A stretch of 63,952 nucleotides of DNA, filler included, from Candidatus Omnitrophota bacterium (GTDB taxonomy: Bacteria; Omnitrophota; Gorgyraeia; JAGLLT01), in assembly GCA_023140385.1 (NCBI GenBank). It is 4 parts of 4 records of this genome, joined end to end, with 100 filler letters (N's around TTAATTAATTAA, not from the genome) between each part and the next. Parts side by side here need not be neighbours in the genome. Positions count along the whole stretch, not along the records: positions 1 to 23,062 come from JAGLLT010000003.1; 3 more parts are not named here. One strand, 5' to 3'. Position 1 is the first letter of the stretch, and each line of letters starts with the position of its first letter. The notes beneath the pieces were generated by a model. It was given only the letters and a program-made list of their open reading frames with translations, was not told the origin of the DNA and made no database searches. The position numbers and the translations under genes are program-made. Of the stretch, positions 10,855 through 20,958 are shown piece by piece.

Positions 10855-10876
10855 TCCTTTTTTTTATCGTTATAAT
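10848..10876 (+). promoter_or_regulatory. Sigma70-type promoter of cinA, probably leaderless
   Basis: TTGACC-17 nt-TATAAT. The ATG follows the -10 box after a 6-nt gap, with no Shine-Dalgarno. Confidence 0.7.
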
Positions 10877-10882
10877 TAGGAT

Positions 10883-11377
10883 ATGAAAAGATTACCTTTG
10901 TTTTTTTCGCTTGCCAAAAGAACCGTCTCTTGTTTAATAAGGGGCCGTCTGACTGTATCTATTGCCGAGTCCTGTACCGGAGGCAGGCTCTCAGATACCC
11001 TGACTAATATTCCGGGAAGCTCTGCCTGTTTTATGGGCGCGGTTGTCGCCTATTCAAACGAAGCTAAAATTAAGCTGTTAGATGTTCCCAAAAAAAAGAT
11101 AGAAAAGTACGGAGCTGTAAGCGAAGAAGCAGCTGCTCTTATGGCTGAAAATATAAGAAAAAAGATTAAAAGCGATATTGGCCTGAGCGTAACCGGAATT
11201 GCCGGCCCCGGAGGCGGTACAGTTAAAAAACCCGTAGGATTAGTCTATTTTGGGCTCGCCTTTAAAAACAATAAAGTACACGTAAAAAAACACCTGTTTA
11301 AAGGATCAAGGGAGAAAATCAAAGAGCAAGCCGTCAGATACGCCCTTGAGTGGTTGTTGCAATCTATAGGCAGTTAA
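10883..11377 (+). CDS. cinA: CinA C-terminal domain protein (NMN amidohydrolase, PncC-like)
   Basis: AESCTGG, PGSS..F.G..VAYSNEAK, GAVSEE.A..MA, TGIAGPGGG, KPVGLVY. No N-terminal MoCF domain. Confidence 0.92.
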   Translation: MKRLPLFFSLAKRTVSCLIRGRLTVSIAESCTGGRLSDTLTNIPGSSACFMGAVVAYSNEAKIKLLDVPKKKIEKYGAVSEEAAALMAENIRKKIKSDIGLSVTGIAGPGGGTVKKPVGLVYFGLAFKNNKVHVKKHLFKGSREKIKEQAVRYALEWLLQSIGS

Positions 11378-11400
11378 TAAATTAAGTTATAATTTATATT

Positions 11401-11985
11401 ATGAGTGCTGTAGCCGATAGGAAAAAGATAAGGTTGTTTATTGCTGTTGCTCTCTCTCCCGCTATTAAGAAGGTGCTGGGGGAGCTTATAGGGGGGTTGA
11501 AAAGTTCTAAGTATGAGGTTAAGTGGGCGGATGGCGATAAGCCGCACCTTACCTTAAAGTTTATTGGTTATGTCGATAAAGAAAAGGTTAGGCCGATTAT
11601 TGATGAAATAGGCAAGTGCGTTGCTTTATATAAACCGTTTAGGATGTGCTTGTTGCTTGATATTGAAGCCTTTCCTAATAAGGAAAACCCAAGAGTTCTC
11701 TGGCTGGGTATCAAAGACGGCAATGAAGAGCTCAAAAAGCTGCAAGCAGATATGGAGAGGCGCCTTGAAGACATTGGCATAAAAAAGGAGGAAAGAAAAT
11801 TTACTCCTCACCTCACCCTGGGAAGAGTAAAATCTTCCAAGGGGAAAAAATTATTGGTGGAAAAGATTAAAAAGGCCGGGCTGGATAAACATTGCGGTAT
11901 GAAGGTCAGTAAAATTACTCTTTTCGAAAGCACCCTAACGCGTACGGGCGCTTTTCATGAAGTACTCTATGAGGCAAAACTATAA
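11401..11985 (+). CDS. thpR: RNA 2',3'-cyclic phosphodiesterase (2H family)
   Basis: RLFIA, HLTLKFIG, PRVLWLG, FTPHLTLGR (two HxT motifs). Confidence 0.93.
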   Translation: MSAVADRKKIRLFIAVALSPAIKKVLGELIGGLKSSKYEVKWADGDKPHLTLKFIGYVDKEKVRPIIDEIGKCVALYKPFRMCLLLDIEAFPNKENPRVLWLGIKDGNEELKKLQADMERRLEDIGIKKEERKFTPHLTLGRVKSSKGKKLLVEKIKKAGLDKHCGMKVSKITLFESTLTRTGAFHEVLYEAKL

Positions 11986-11992
11986 GAATAGG

Positions 11993-12024
11993 TGGTCAAG
12001 TTCAAAGTTAAGACTTGACCCCTT
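11993..12024. repeat. Right inverted repeat of the cinA-thpR block, within a hairpin GGTCAAGT-N11-ACTTGACC
   Basis: tggtcaagttcaaagttaagacttgacccctt. 12010-12024 is the exact reverse complement of 63914-63928. Confidence 0.6.
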
Positions 12025-12028
12025 GTCT

Positions 12029-12484
12029 CTACCAGAAGATTTTTATGGCTTGCAGGATTAGGTTGGTGTAAATGGCGGCTACGAAGTCATCGCCCATAAC
12101 GCCGAAGGTTGATGAGGAGTCATCGAGTTTATTCGCAGGGTAGGGTTTGGTGATGTCGAATATTCTAAATAGTATAAAGCCGATTATTAAATATTTAAAT
12201 TCCGCGGGAATCATAAAAAAGACCAATAGGCTGGCGCTGAATTCATCTATGACAATTTTAGGCGAATCCTTTTGTTTATAAATCTCACCCGCTTTTTTTG
12301 TAATCAAGACACCGATAACCGCCGTTGAAATTAGAATTACCAGATAGGCGGTAAAAAAATCCGCGATGAGCGCGTAGAGAAGAGTTCCGGCGAGGGCCGC
12401 TATTGTTCCTCCCCCAAGGGGGATGTAGCCGATATGGCCGCAGCTGGCTGTATAGTCAATTACCTTTTTTTCGAAACTATTCAT
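12029..12484 (-). CDS. pgpA: Phosphatidylglycerophosphatase A
   Basis: GYIPLGGGT, DSPKIVIDEF, FILFRIFDITKPYP, GVMGDDFVA. Confidence 0.93.
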   Translation of the reverse strand: MNSFEKKVIDYTASCGHIGYIPLGGGTIAALAGTLLYALIADFFTAYLVILISTAVIGVLITKKAGEIYKQKDSPKIVIDEFSASLLVFFMIPAEFKYLIIGFILFRIFDITKPYPANKLDDSSSTFGVMGDDFVAAIYTNLILQAIKIFW

Positions 12485-12486
12485 AG

Positions 12487-13074
12487 TTATCCTCTGTTAA
12501 CTTTTTTATAGTCTTTTAGGAAACTAATTCCTGATATAACAGTGACCAAAACTACTATCAGCATAAGGTAGTCAATAACAATTTTCAAGCTTCCTTGGCT
12601 ATAATCATAGGAGGTGTTTCCGCTTATGTAGATAAGAACAAAAAACAGTACCATGATTGTCCCCATCTGCAAAAATGTTTTTATCTTGCCCGCGTCTTTT
12701 GCCGCTATCACTCTCCCCCTGCTAAGCGCCTGTATTCTGAGAGCGGTGACGGCTAATTCACGTAGAATTATCAGGCCTACCATCCATCCCTGAACAATTT
12801 GAAGATAACAGAAGGCGGATAAGGTTAATAAGATTAACAGCTTGTCGGCAACCGGGTCCATTATTTGCCCAAAGTGGTTTACCAGCCCCTTTTTTCTGGC
12901 CAGCGCGCCGTCAAGGTAGTCGGTAAAAGCGGCTGTCAAAAAAAGTATGAGACCCCAATAAACGGCCTTTTGAGACCGGCTGGCCGTTAAAAAAAACAGT
13001 ACAAAGAAAGCCAGCACGATACGCAGTAAAGTTAAAGCATTGGGAGTGTTTATCAAAAGGCGTTTATTTAACAT
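12487..13074 (-). CDS. pgsA: CDP-diacylglycerol--glycerol-3-phosphate 3-phosphatidyltransferase
   Basis: PNALTLLRI, TDYLDGALAR, FGQIMDPVADK, GKIKT..Q. Start at MLNKR (13074) preferred over 13098. Confidence 0.93.
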   Translation of the reverse strand: MLNKRLLINTPNALTLLRIVLAFFVLFFLTASRSQKAVYWGLILFLTAAFTDYLDGALARKKGLVNHFGQIMDPVADKLLILLTLSAFCYLQIVQGWMVGLIILRELAVTALRIQALSRGRVIAAKDAGKIKTFLQMGTIMVLFFVLIYISGNTSYDYSQGSLKIVIDYLMLIVVLVTVISGISFLKDYKKVNRG

Positions 13075-14404
13075 GATCCGCGACCAAGTCGTACTCATAG
13101 GTATCTTTAACCAGCACCTTGATTATCGTTCCCGGTTTTATGCGCGGGTTGTCTGACTTTATGTAGACCTGTCCGTCAACATCAGGGGCATCGTATTCTG
13201 TGCGCCCCAAATACTGCCCCGGCTCACCTTCAATCTTTTTGTCTATTATCACCTTAAGGCGCTTATTTAAAAATTGGCTGTTGATTTTTCTGGAGATGTC
13301 TTGCTGAATAAGCATCAGCTCCTCGTATCTGGCCTCCTTTTTCTTTTCGGGAATCTGCCCCTTATAGCTATAAGCAGGCGTATCTTCTTCTTTTGAGTAT
13401 TTAAAAACGCCCAGCCTTTCAAATTTAATCTCTTTAATAAAGTCAATCAGTTCCTGAAAGTTTTTCTCAGTTTCCCGCGGGAAACCCACGATAAAAGAGG
13501 TTCTTATGGCTGAACCCGGTATTCTTCGCCTAATCTCTTTAATCAGTTTAATTATATCCTTAGTTTTCTGAGGCCTGCCCATAAGCCTGAGAACTTTATT
13601 ATTTATGTGCTGTAAAGGCAGGTCAATATAGCGGCAGATCTTATCATATTTTTCATAGCAGGAGATGACCGCGTCGTTAAAGTAGGCCGGATGCCCGTAA
13701 AGAAGTCTCAGCCATTTCATTTTACCCGCTTCTGATATCTCTTTTAGGAGGCGCGCCAAATGAGGTTTTTTATAGATATCTACGCCGTAAGCGGTTGTAT
13801 CCTGCCCTATAAGAATAATCTCTTTCACGCCCTTTGAGGTAAGATTTTCAATTTCGCGCAGTATGGAGTCGATGGGCCTGGACCTTAGGCGGCCTTTTAT
13901 GCCCGGAATAACGCAAAAGGAGCAGCTATGGCTGCATCCTTCCGATATTTTGACATAGGCAAAATGCGGCGGTGAAAGTAAAACCCTGGGCAGTTTGTCA
14001 TCGTAGATAAATGACGGTTTTTTTGTTACCCAGAGGAGCTTGCGGCCGGAGAGAACCAGCCTTACCGCTTTGTGTATATCAGGATACCGGTCAAATCCGA
14101 TTATGGCGTCAATTTGCGGAATTTCTTTTTTTAAAGCTTCCGGGTAGCGCTGGCAAAAGCAGCCGGTAACTATAATTTTTTTTATTTTTCCTTCTTCTTT
14201 TAGCCTGACAATATCAAGGAGGTATTCAATAGACTCTTCTTTAGCCTCTTTTATAAAAACACAGGTGCTTAGAATAACTACATCGCAGTTATTTATATCA
14301 TAAGTAATGTTGTAGTTATTATCCTTAAGAATACCGAGAATTACCTCGGAGTCAACCAGGTTTCTGGCACAACCCAGGCTGAGGAGATATATATTTTCAT
14401 TCAT
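13064..14404 (-). CDS. rimO: Ribosomal protein S12 methylthiotransferase
   Basis: SLGCARNLVDSE, KISEGCSHSCSFC radical-SAM motif, DAPDVDG TRAM domain. Confidence 0.96.
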   Translation of the reverse strand: MNENIYLLSLGCARNLVDSEVILGILKDNNYNITYDINNCDVVILSTCVFIKEAKEESIEYLLDIVRLKEEGKIKKIIVTGCFCQRYPEALKKEIPQIDAIIGFDRYPDIHKAVRLVLSGRKLLWVTKKPSFIYDDKLPRVLLSPPHFAYVKISEGCSHSCSFCVIPGIKGRLRSRPIDSILREIENLTSKGVKEIILIGQDTTAYGVDIYKKPHLARLLKEISEAGKMKWLRLLYGHPAYFNDAVISCYEKYDKICRYIDLPLQHINNKVLRLMGRPQKTKDIIKLIKEIRRRIPGSAIRTSFIVGFPRETEKNFQELIDFIKEIKFERLGVFKYSKEEDTPAYSYKGQIPEKKKEARYEELMLIQQDISRKINSQFLNKRLKVIIDKKIEGEPGQYLGRTEYDAPDVDGQVYIKSDNPRIKPGTIIKVLVKDTYEYDLVADHVK

Positions 14405-14443
14405 AATTTTATAACATTGTCCGGCAGATTTAAAACGGCGTTC

Positions 14444-15145
14444 TTAGAAATGAATACCGTTAAGGTCAATTTTGGTGTTTTTAATTCTCTTATGTTTGGG
14501 TACCGTTAGTTTATTTTGATTTAGAAAAAGCTCTACGGCTTCCGGTTTTCCGACAGTAATTTCAAAGCGGTTGTCCGCCTGCCATGTTTCTCTGCTTTTT
14601 TTGGAAAGGAAATTCCGCATAATAGTATTACCGTCCGCTCTTATTTCTATCCAGACTTTAGCACTGGTAACTATGGTTAAATTAAGTTTTTCCTTTTTAC
14701 TTGGTATAGCCGGTTGGAGGTTATCGGGAGATGCTTGTCTTTGAGGAGGCGGAGATGTTTCTTTGCGCCCCTTTACAAAAATAATCAGGCCTGAAACGGC
14801 GGTAATTAACATAATGCCCAAAGCTGTTTTAAGGAGCAATTTGCGGGGAATTCTGAATTTTTTTCCTTTAGGGTTTTGGATGACCACCTTTAACGGAGGT
14901 TCGCTTTTCTTGGGACTATGAGACTGAATATACTCCTTGCGCAGAGCTTCACCGTCGAGTCCCAGAAAGTCCGCGTACTGCTTTAAAAAATTCCTGACAT
15001 AGATGTCGTCAACAATCTCTTCCGCCTTGTCCTGCTCCAGGGCTATTAAAACGTTCGAGCTAATTTTTATCTTTAAATATATATCTTCAATCTCCCATCC
15101 GTTTCTTTTTCGTGCTTCTATCAGTCTTTGTCCAATGGTAGACAT
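14444..15145 (-). CDS. rodZ: RodZ-like HTH/TM/DUF4115 cell-shape protein
   Basis: N-terminal HTH (IGQRL..AR, YVRNFLKQYADFLGLD), single TM, C-terminal VWIEI.ADG domain. Sits between ftsK and rimO. Confidence 0.85.
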   Translation of the reverse strand: MSTIGQRLIEARKRNGWEIEDIYLKIKISSNVLIALEQDKAEEIVDDIYVRNFLKQYADFLGLDGEALRKEYIQSHSPKKSEPPLKVVIQNPKGKKFRIPRKLLLKTALGIMLITAVSGLIIFVKGRKETSPPPQRQASPDNLQPAIPSKKEKLNLTIVTSAKVWIEIRADGNTIMRNFLSKKSRETWQADNRFEITVGKPEAVELFLNQNKLTVPKHKRIKNTKIDLNGIHF

Positions 15146-15150
15146 GCCTT

Positions 15151-17340
15151 CTACTCCCCTTCCTTATTACGTAGATACTCTTCAGCGTTAACTATAATTT
15201 CACGCGGCTTACTGCCTCTATATGGTCCAACTATGCCTTCCGCCTCCATAGCGTCGATTAGACGGGCGGCCCTGGTGTAACCCAGCCCCAAACGCCTTTG
15301 AAGCATTGACACAGAGGCGTGGTTGCTTTCGAGTATGACGTTTATCGCCTCGTCATACAATTCATCCTTTTTCAGGCTTCTGGCTCCGGAAGAAGATACC
15401 CTTTCCTGCTCTTTTAGAATAGCTTCGTTATAGGAAGAGTTTCCCTGCGATTTAATATAGCCGGCGATTTTTTCAATTTCTTCATCGCTTACCAAGGGGG
15501 CTTGAGCCCTGATTAGCTTTGAGGTGCCCGGCGGCAAAAATAACATATCTCCCCTGCCGATAAGTTTATCCGCTCCATTAGCATCAAGTACGGTTCTTGA
15601 ATCAACCTTTGAAGCTACCTTAAAAGATATTCTGGTTGGGAAGTTAGCCTTGATTACACCGGTTATTACGTCAACTGAAGGCCGCTGGGTCGCCAGGATA
15701 ATATGAATTCCGACGGCCCGGGAAAGCTGAGACAGGCGGGTGATGGAGTTTTCTATTTCCTGTGAAGCCACAACCATCAGGTCGGCTAACTCATCAATGA
15801 TAACAACTATATAAGGAAGTTTTTTGTCTTTTTCTACCTTTTTATTGTATATTTCAATGTTTCTTGCCCCTTCCTGCGCGAAAGTTTGGTACCTGTTTTC
15901 CATTTCTGTTACAGTCCAGTTTAAAGCGGCTGAAACCTTTTTGGGACTGGTAATTACCGGGCACAATAAATGAGGCAGGCCGTTATAGGGAGCCAGTTCA
16001 ACCATCTTGGGGTCAACCATAATAAACCTGAGCTCATCCGGTGTTGCCTTGTAAAGCATACTGATGATTATGCTGTTTACGCAAACCGTTTTACCGGAGC
16101 CCGTTGTGCCGGCGATTAAAAGGTGAGGCATGATGCCTAAATCACATACTACGGATGTTCCGGCAATGTCTTTGCCTAAGGCTAGGGTAAGTTTTGATTT
16201 TGAGCTGGTAAACTTTTCTGAGGTTAGTATTTCTCTGAGATTAACAACACTCATCTCGCTGTTAGGCACCTCTATTCCTACCCTGTCTTTTCCCGGAATA
16301 GGCGCGACTACGCGGACACTTAGGGCTTTCATTGACAGCGCTATGTCATCAGAGAGAGTGACTATCCGCTGTACCTTAACGCCGGCTGCCGGCTGGAGTT
16401 CATACCTTGTTACGACAGGCCCTTTATCTATCTGAACCACTTTAGCCTCAATGCCGAAATCAGCGAGCGTATTTTCTAAAATTGCCGCTTGATTTTTTAA
16501 ACTCTGGCGGGAGTCTTCGGTAGGCGTTGAAAGCGATTTTTTGAGCAGGTCAATGGGCGGTAAGCTATAATCACCACCGCTGCCCGCGGTAAGCGGCTGA
16601 AGCTTAATAGAAGGCTCATTGACTCGCGCTTTAGCGGCCTGGTTTATTTTTATGCTGCCTTTCTTTAACGCGGGTGCCGCGGGTTTATTATTGAAAAGCC
16701 AACCCTTCTCGTCTTTTCGAGCTGCTGCCGGTTTTTCTTTTATTTTACCGCTAAGGTTTATCAGGGGCGCCCTTTTTTCAGTGTCAAGATCGGATATACC
16801 GCCTTTCTTAAAAAAGGTGATTTTATCAAAAAAGGTTTTAAGAAGAGGGAGTATTAGAAACTCAGTAGCCAAAAGGAGTGAAAGTATAAGTAATGTGATA
16901 GTAATTACATACGAACCGACTGAGCCAAAGTACCGATAAAGAACGTCTGAAAACACAAGGCCCGCAATGCCTCCCGCTTTTATCCTGAGTGTTTCATTAC
17001 TATTGTAGACAAGGCTTAAAAAGCCGCTTGAGGCGATAAAGAGAATAAAAGTTCCGAATATTTTTAAGCAAACCTTTTGTTTAAGAATGGAGGTGAATTT
17101 ACCCAGCGCCCAGATTGCGGCAAGAGCCGGCACCAGATAGGCGCTATATCCGCCAATAAGGTACATTGCCCAGGCAAAATACGCGCCTATGCGCCCTGTG
17201 AGGTTTGACGTATTAAGATTTACGGATGATGTGTTAAAGCCTACGTCATAAGGGTCATAGCTTATCAGGCTGACCAGGCTCAATACGCAAACGGCCAGAA
17301 GCAGGACAGCTATAATTTCATTTTTTTGCTTTTCATTCAT
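15151..17340 (-). CDS. ftsK: DNA translocase FtsK
   Basis: N-terminal TMs, PHLLIAGTTGSGKT, DPKMVEL, LATQRPSVDVITG, gamma domain ASVSMLQRRLGLGYTRAAR. Confidence 0.97.
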   Translation of the reverse strand: MNEKQKNEIIAVLLLAVCVLSLVSLISYDPYDVGFNTSSVNLNTSNLTGRIGAYFAWAMYLIGGYSAYLVPALAAIWALGKFTSILKQKVCLKIFGTFILFIASSGFLSLVYNSNETLRIKAGGIAGLVFSDVLYRYFGSVGSYVITITLLILSLLLATEFLILPLLKTFFDKITFFKKGGISDLDTEKRAPLINLSGKIKEKPAAARKDEKGWLFNNKPAAPALKKGSIKINQAAKARVNEPSIKLQPLTAGSGGDYSLPPIDLLKKSLSTPTEDSRQSLKNQAAILENTLADFGIEAKVVQIDKGPVVTRYELQPAAGVKVQRIVTLSDDIALSMKALSVRVVAPIPGKDRVGIEVPNSEMSVVNLREILTSEKFTSSKSKLTLALGKDIAGTSVVCDLGIMPHLLIAGTTGSGKTVCVNSIIISMLYKATPDELRFIMVDPKMVELAPYNGLPHLLCPVITSPKKVSAALNWTVTEMENRYQTFAQEGARNIEIYNKKVEKDKKLPYIVVIIDELADLMVVASQEIENSITRLSQLSRAVGIHIILATQRPSVDVITGVIKANFPTRISFKVASKVDSRTVLDANGADKLIGRGDMLFLPPGTSKLIRAQAPLVSDEEIEKIAGYIKSQGNSSYNEAILKEQERVSSSGARSLKKDELYDEAINVILESNHASVSMLQRRLGLGYTRAARLIDAMEAEGIVGPYRGSKPREIIVNAEEYLRNKEGE

Positions 17341-17364
17341 AGGACAACTATAACCACTTGTATA

Positions 17365-18132
17365 TCAAGTATTTAAAAGAATTATTACCAGTAAGCCCGC
17401 GCCAATACAGTACAGGCCGAAATAGTGGAGTTTTTTACGTTTAACAATATTTATTACTATCTTTAAACCCAACAGCCCGAAGGCGAAAGAAGTCAAGACG
17501 CCTGCCGCTAAAATACCCGGATTAAGAGCTTTGAATAAAGCAGGCTGTTTTAAGATTTCAAAAACGGCCGCGGAGCTGATAGCTAGAATTGAAAGAAGAA
17601 ATGAAAAAGTTACCACTTTCTCCTGTTTGATACCCGAAAGCAGGCCGGCGGAAATAGTCATTCCGCTTCTTGATATGCCCGGCAATAAAGCGAGAGCCTG
17701 AGCGCCTCCTATTAATAGTGCCTGCCAGCAGTTTACCTTATCTTTCTTTATTGTAGTTAAATTTTGTCTCATTGAGGCGGCGATAAGTATAATACCGGTT
17801 ATCACAAGGAATATCGCGGCAAGGAGCGGATTTTTAAACGCGGCCTTTATTTTTACCCGCCACAATAAAGCGGTTATTCCGGCCGGCAGCATTGCTATGA
17901 TGAGCAGAAAAGCCGTTTTTCTTTCAGAAGTAAATAACTTTTTAATTTCTTCGAAAAAAACAATTAAGACGGCAAACAGGGTACCAATATGCAGAAAAAC
18001 GTTAAAGGTCAGCTGAGTTTCTTTAACGTTCATAAAATGCTGGAGTAAAACTAAATGCCCGGAACTGCTAACCGGTAAAAATTCAGTTAGGCCTTGTATG
18101 ATACCGGAAAGTATTGCCTGAAAAAGAGTCAC
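17365..18132 (-). CDS. uppP: Undecaprenyl-diphosphatase (BacA)
   Basis: QGLTEFLPVSSSGHL, PGISRSGMTI, FSFLLSI. Confidence 0.95.
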   Translation of the reverse strand: MTLFQAILSGIIQGLTEFLPVSSSGHLVLLQHFMNVKETQLTFNVFLHIGTLFAVLIVFFEEIKKLFTSERKTAFLLIIAMLPAGITALLWRVKIKAAFKNPLLAAIFLVITGIILIAASMRQNLTTIKKDKVNCWQALLIGGAQALALLPGISRSGMTISAGLLSGIKQEKVVTFSFLLSILAISSAAVFEILKQPALFKALNPGILAAGVLTSFAFGLLGLKIVINIVKRKKLHYFGLYCIGAGLLVIILLNT

Positions 18133-18135
18133 CCA

Positions 18136-18585
18136 TCAAACTCCAGTATGCCCGAATCCGCCGCCGCTTCTTTCAGTTTCGCACAAATCTTTAACCACCA
18201 TTAAATCAGCCTGCAGAACTTCCTTGATAACCATCTGAGCGATTCTATCTCCCCGGTTAACGGTATACTCTTCCCCGCCCGCGTTGATTAGTATTACGCT
18301 AATCAGTCCCCGGTAGTCAGAGTCTATCGTTCCCGGTGTATTTAAGACGGTTATGCCGTGTTTTAAGGCCAGCCCGCTTCGGGGCCTTATCTGCGCTTCA
18401 TAACCTGCCGGCAAAGCAATATAGATGCCGGCGGAAATCAACTTTACTTCATTCGGTTTAATAACGGCTTTCTCAGCAACATCGGCATACAAATCCATAC
18501 CGCTTGAGCCGTTACTCATGTAGCGTGGTAAGGGCAGATCTTCTGTTCCTTCTTTTCGCTTAAGCCTTAAAGTTATCTTTTTCAT
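18136..18585 (-). CDS. dut: dUTP diphosphatase
   Basis: GMDL, QIRPRSGLA, PGTIDSDYRG, GDRIAQ, RSGGGFGHTG. Confidence 0.97.
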   Translation of the reverse strand: MKKITLRLKRKEGTEDLPLPRYMSNGSSGMDLYADVAEKAVIKPNEVKLISAGIYIALPAGYEAQIRPRSGLALKHGITVLNTPGTIDSDYRGLISVILINAGGEEYTVNRGDRIAQMVIKEVLQADLMVVKDLCETERSGGGFGHTGV

Positions 18586-20665
18586 CAGGTGTTACCGCTT
18601 TTATGCTCAAGTTAATCCGGCCGAGATTGTCACGTTCAGTGACTTTTACAATTACCTCGTCGCCTATCTTAACTACATCGCCTACGCTTTTTACAAACTC
18701 ATTTGATAAGGCTGATACGTGGACTAAACCTGATTTGCCGGGTAAAAACTCAACGAAAGCGCCGAAGTTTTCGACTCTTACGATTTTTCCCTTATAAAGT
18801 TTGCCCACCTCAGCTTCAGCAATGAGACCTTCAACGATACTAATGGCCTTTTTGCTGTTAGCGGCATCGGTTGAGGCAATCATAACTCGCCCTTCATCAT
18901 TAATGTCGATGGAGACACCTGTATCAGCGATTATCTTCCTGATGGTTTTGCCTGAAGGCCCTATAACCTCACCAATCTTAGTAGTTGGAATCTGAAGAGT
19001 GGTTATGCGCGGGGCAAACTCTGAAAGATCAGCCCTGGTCTCCGATATCTCCGCCTTCATTTTATCAAGAATACTCAGTCTCGCCTTTTCGCTTTGCGCG
19101 AGAACCTTTGAAATCATTTCAAGCGACAGGCCGTTTATTTTTACGTCCATCTGAATAGCTGTTATGCCTTTTTCGGTTCCCGCGGCTTTAAAGTCCATAT
19201 CGCCGCAATGGTCTTCCATTCCCGCGATATCGGTTAAAATAACACTTTTACCGTTTTCCTTGATGAGTCCAAGCGCGATTCCGGCTACCGCTCCTTCAAT
19301 GGGAACGCCCGCGTCCATCAATGCCAGAGAGCCTCCGCAAACAGAAGCCATACTGCTGGAACCATTTGACTCCAGAATATCAGATACCAATCTGACCGTA
19401 TATGGAAAGTCATCATTGGAAGGCATTACCGGCTTAAGCGCCTTTTCTGCCAGGGCGCCGTGGCCTATTTCTCTTCTGCCGGGGCCGCGCATCGGGCGAG
19501 CCTCGCCTACGCTAAAAGGGGGAAAGTTGTAATGCAGCATAAAGCTTTTCTTTGTTTCACCTGCCAGGGCGTCTATCCGCTGTTCATCGGACGCTGTTCC
19601 CAGTGTAACTACGGCTAAGCTTTGAGTCTGTCCCCGGGTAAATAAACCGGAGCCGTGAGTACGCGGCAGTAGTCCCGCCTCGCAGGTTATTTCTCTTACC
19701 TCTTCAAAGGCGCGTCCATCTAATCTGGCATTTTTTTCTACGATAAACTTACGCGCAAAATCTGTTTTTACTTCATCAAGACATTCTTTTACGCATGTTT
19801 TTGTGATACCATTTTCTTCGTTAACCAGCTCGTTTAACACCTCATCTTTTAAGAGAGCCATGCACTCCGCTCTCTCCTCTTTGGTTTTTAATCCGCTCAG
19901 GCTGTTTAATCTTACCTGGGCCATAGTTCTTGTCTTTTCAATAAGTTCATCGTCAGGCTTGGACAAAGAGGGGCTAACTTTTTCTACGCCAATCTCACTA
20001 ATAATTTTTTCCTGCAGTTTAATAATGTCCGTCAGATAAGGCAGCCCAAACTGTATCGCCTCTTCGACAAGCTCCTTTGAAACCTGCTGGGCACCCGCCT
20101 CTAACATTACAATACCGTTGGTACCTGATGTAATTGTAATACTTAAAGAAGACTCTTCTACTTCCGCGTATGAAGGAAAGATAATAAATTCATCCTTTAC
20201 GCGTGCTACCCGCACAGCGGCCAGAGGGCCGTCAAAGGGTATATTTGAGATTCCCAGGGCTGTAGATGTTCCTATAATTGCTAAAATGTCTCCATCGTTG
20301 ATGATATCGCTTGATAAAACGGTAGCAACTATCTGCAGGTCGTTCCTAAGCCCTTTAGGAAAGAGAGGCCTGATGGGCCTGTCTATCATGCGGGCGCTTA
20401 GTATTTCTTTCTCACTTGGCCGGCCTTCTCTTTTGAAAAACCCGCCGGGAATTTTGCCCGCGGCATAGGTTCGTTCTTGAAATTCTACTGTCAGCGGTAG
20501 AAAGTTGAGGCCCGGGCGCTGTTCAGATGACATTACCGCTGTTATCAGGACAACAGTTTCTCCATAACGAACGCAGACTGAACCGTCTGCCTGCTTGGCT
20601 AACTTGCCGTTTTCGATAATCAAAGTCTCTTTGCCAATTTTGGCTTCAAAACGCTTTACTTCCAT
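18560..20665 (-). CDS. pnp: Polyribonucleotide nucleotidyltransferase
   Basis: IPGGFFKREGRP, RTHGSGLFTRGQTQ, RREIGHG, SNGSSSMAS, GDMDFK, KH and S1 domains. Confidence 0.98.
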   Translation of the reverse strand: MEVKRFEAKIGKETLIIENGKLAKQADGSVCVRYGETVVLITAVMSSEQRPGLNFLPLTVEFQERTYAAGKIPGGFFKREGRPSEKEILSARMIDRPIRPLFPKGLRNDLQIVATVLSSDIINDGDILAIIGTSTALGISNIPFDGPLAAVRVARVKDEFIIFPSYAEVEESSLSITITSGTNGIVMLEAGAQQVSKELVEEAIQFGLPYLTDIIKLQEKIISEIGVEKVSPSLSKPDDELIEKTRTMAQVRLNSLSGLKTKEERAECMALLKDEVLNELVNEENGITKTCVKECLDEVKTDFARKFIVEKNARLDGRAFEEVREITCEAGLLPRTHGSGLFTRGQTQSLAVVTLGTASDEQRIDALAGETKKSFMLHYNFPPFSVGEARPMRGPGRREIGHGALAEKALKPVMPSNDDFPYTVRLVSDILESNGSSSMASVCGGSLALMDAGVPIEGAVAGIALGLIKENGKSVILTDIAGMEDHCGDMDFKAAGTEKGITAIQMDVKINGLSLEMISKVLAQSEKARLSILDKMKAEISETRADLSEFAPRITTLQIPTTKIGEVIGPSGKTIRKIIADTGVSIDINDEGRVMIASTDAANSKKAISIVEGLIAEAEVGKLYKGKIVRVENFGAFVEFLPGKSGLVHVSALSNEFVKSVGDVVKIGDEVIVKVTERDNLGRINLSIKAVTPDEKDNFKA

Positions 20666-20688
20666 GTAAACAATTCCTTATTGGTTTT

Positions 20689-20958
20689 TTATGTTCTAAT
20701 TTTTAGTTTGCTCGTAATTTCATTGAAAAGATTAAGGTCGCGGGATTTAACGTATCCTAATAGTTTTTTTCTTCGGCTAACCATTTGCAGCAGCCCCCTT
20801 CTGGAGTGATGGTCTTTCTTATGTTCTTTAAAGTGCTCCGTTAAAAGGTTAATGCGCTCGGTTAAAATAGCGATTTGAACACCGCTGGAACCTGTATCCT
20901 TATCGTGTTTTTTAGCTTCGTCAATTACTTCTTTTTTTCTTTCTTTAGCCAGGGTCAT
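20689..20958 (-). CDS. rpsO: 30S ribosomal protein S15
   Basis: DTGS..VQIA.LT.RI..LTEH...HKKDHHSRRGL. Confidence 0.98.
   Translation of the reverse strand: MTLAKERKKEVIDEAKKHDKDTGSSGVQIAILTERINLLTEHFKEHKKDHHSRRGLLQMVSRRKKLLGYVKSRDLNLFNEITSKLKIRT

Noticed and set aside
10699..10882. SOS (LexA) box upstream of recA
   Set aside because: No CTGT-N8-ACAG, GAAC-N4-GTTC or TGTTC-N4-GAACA match seen.
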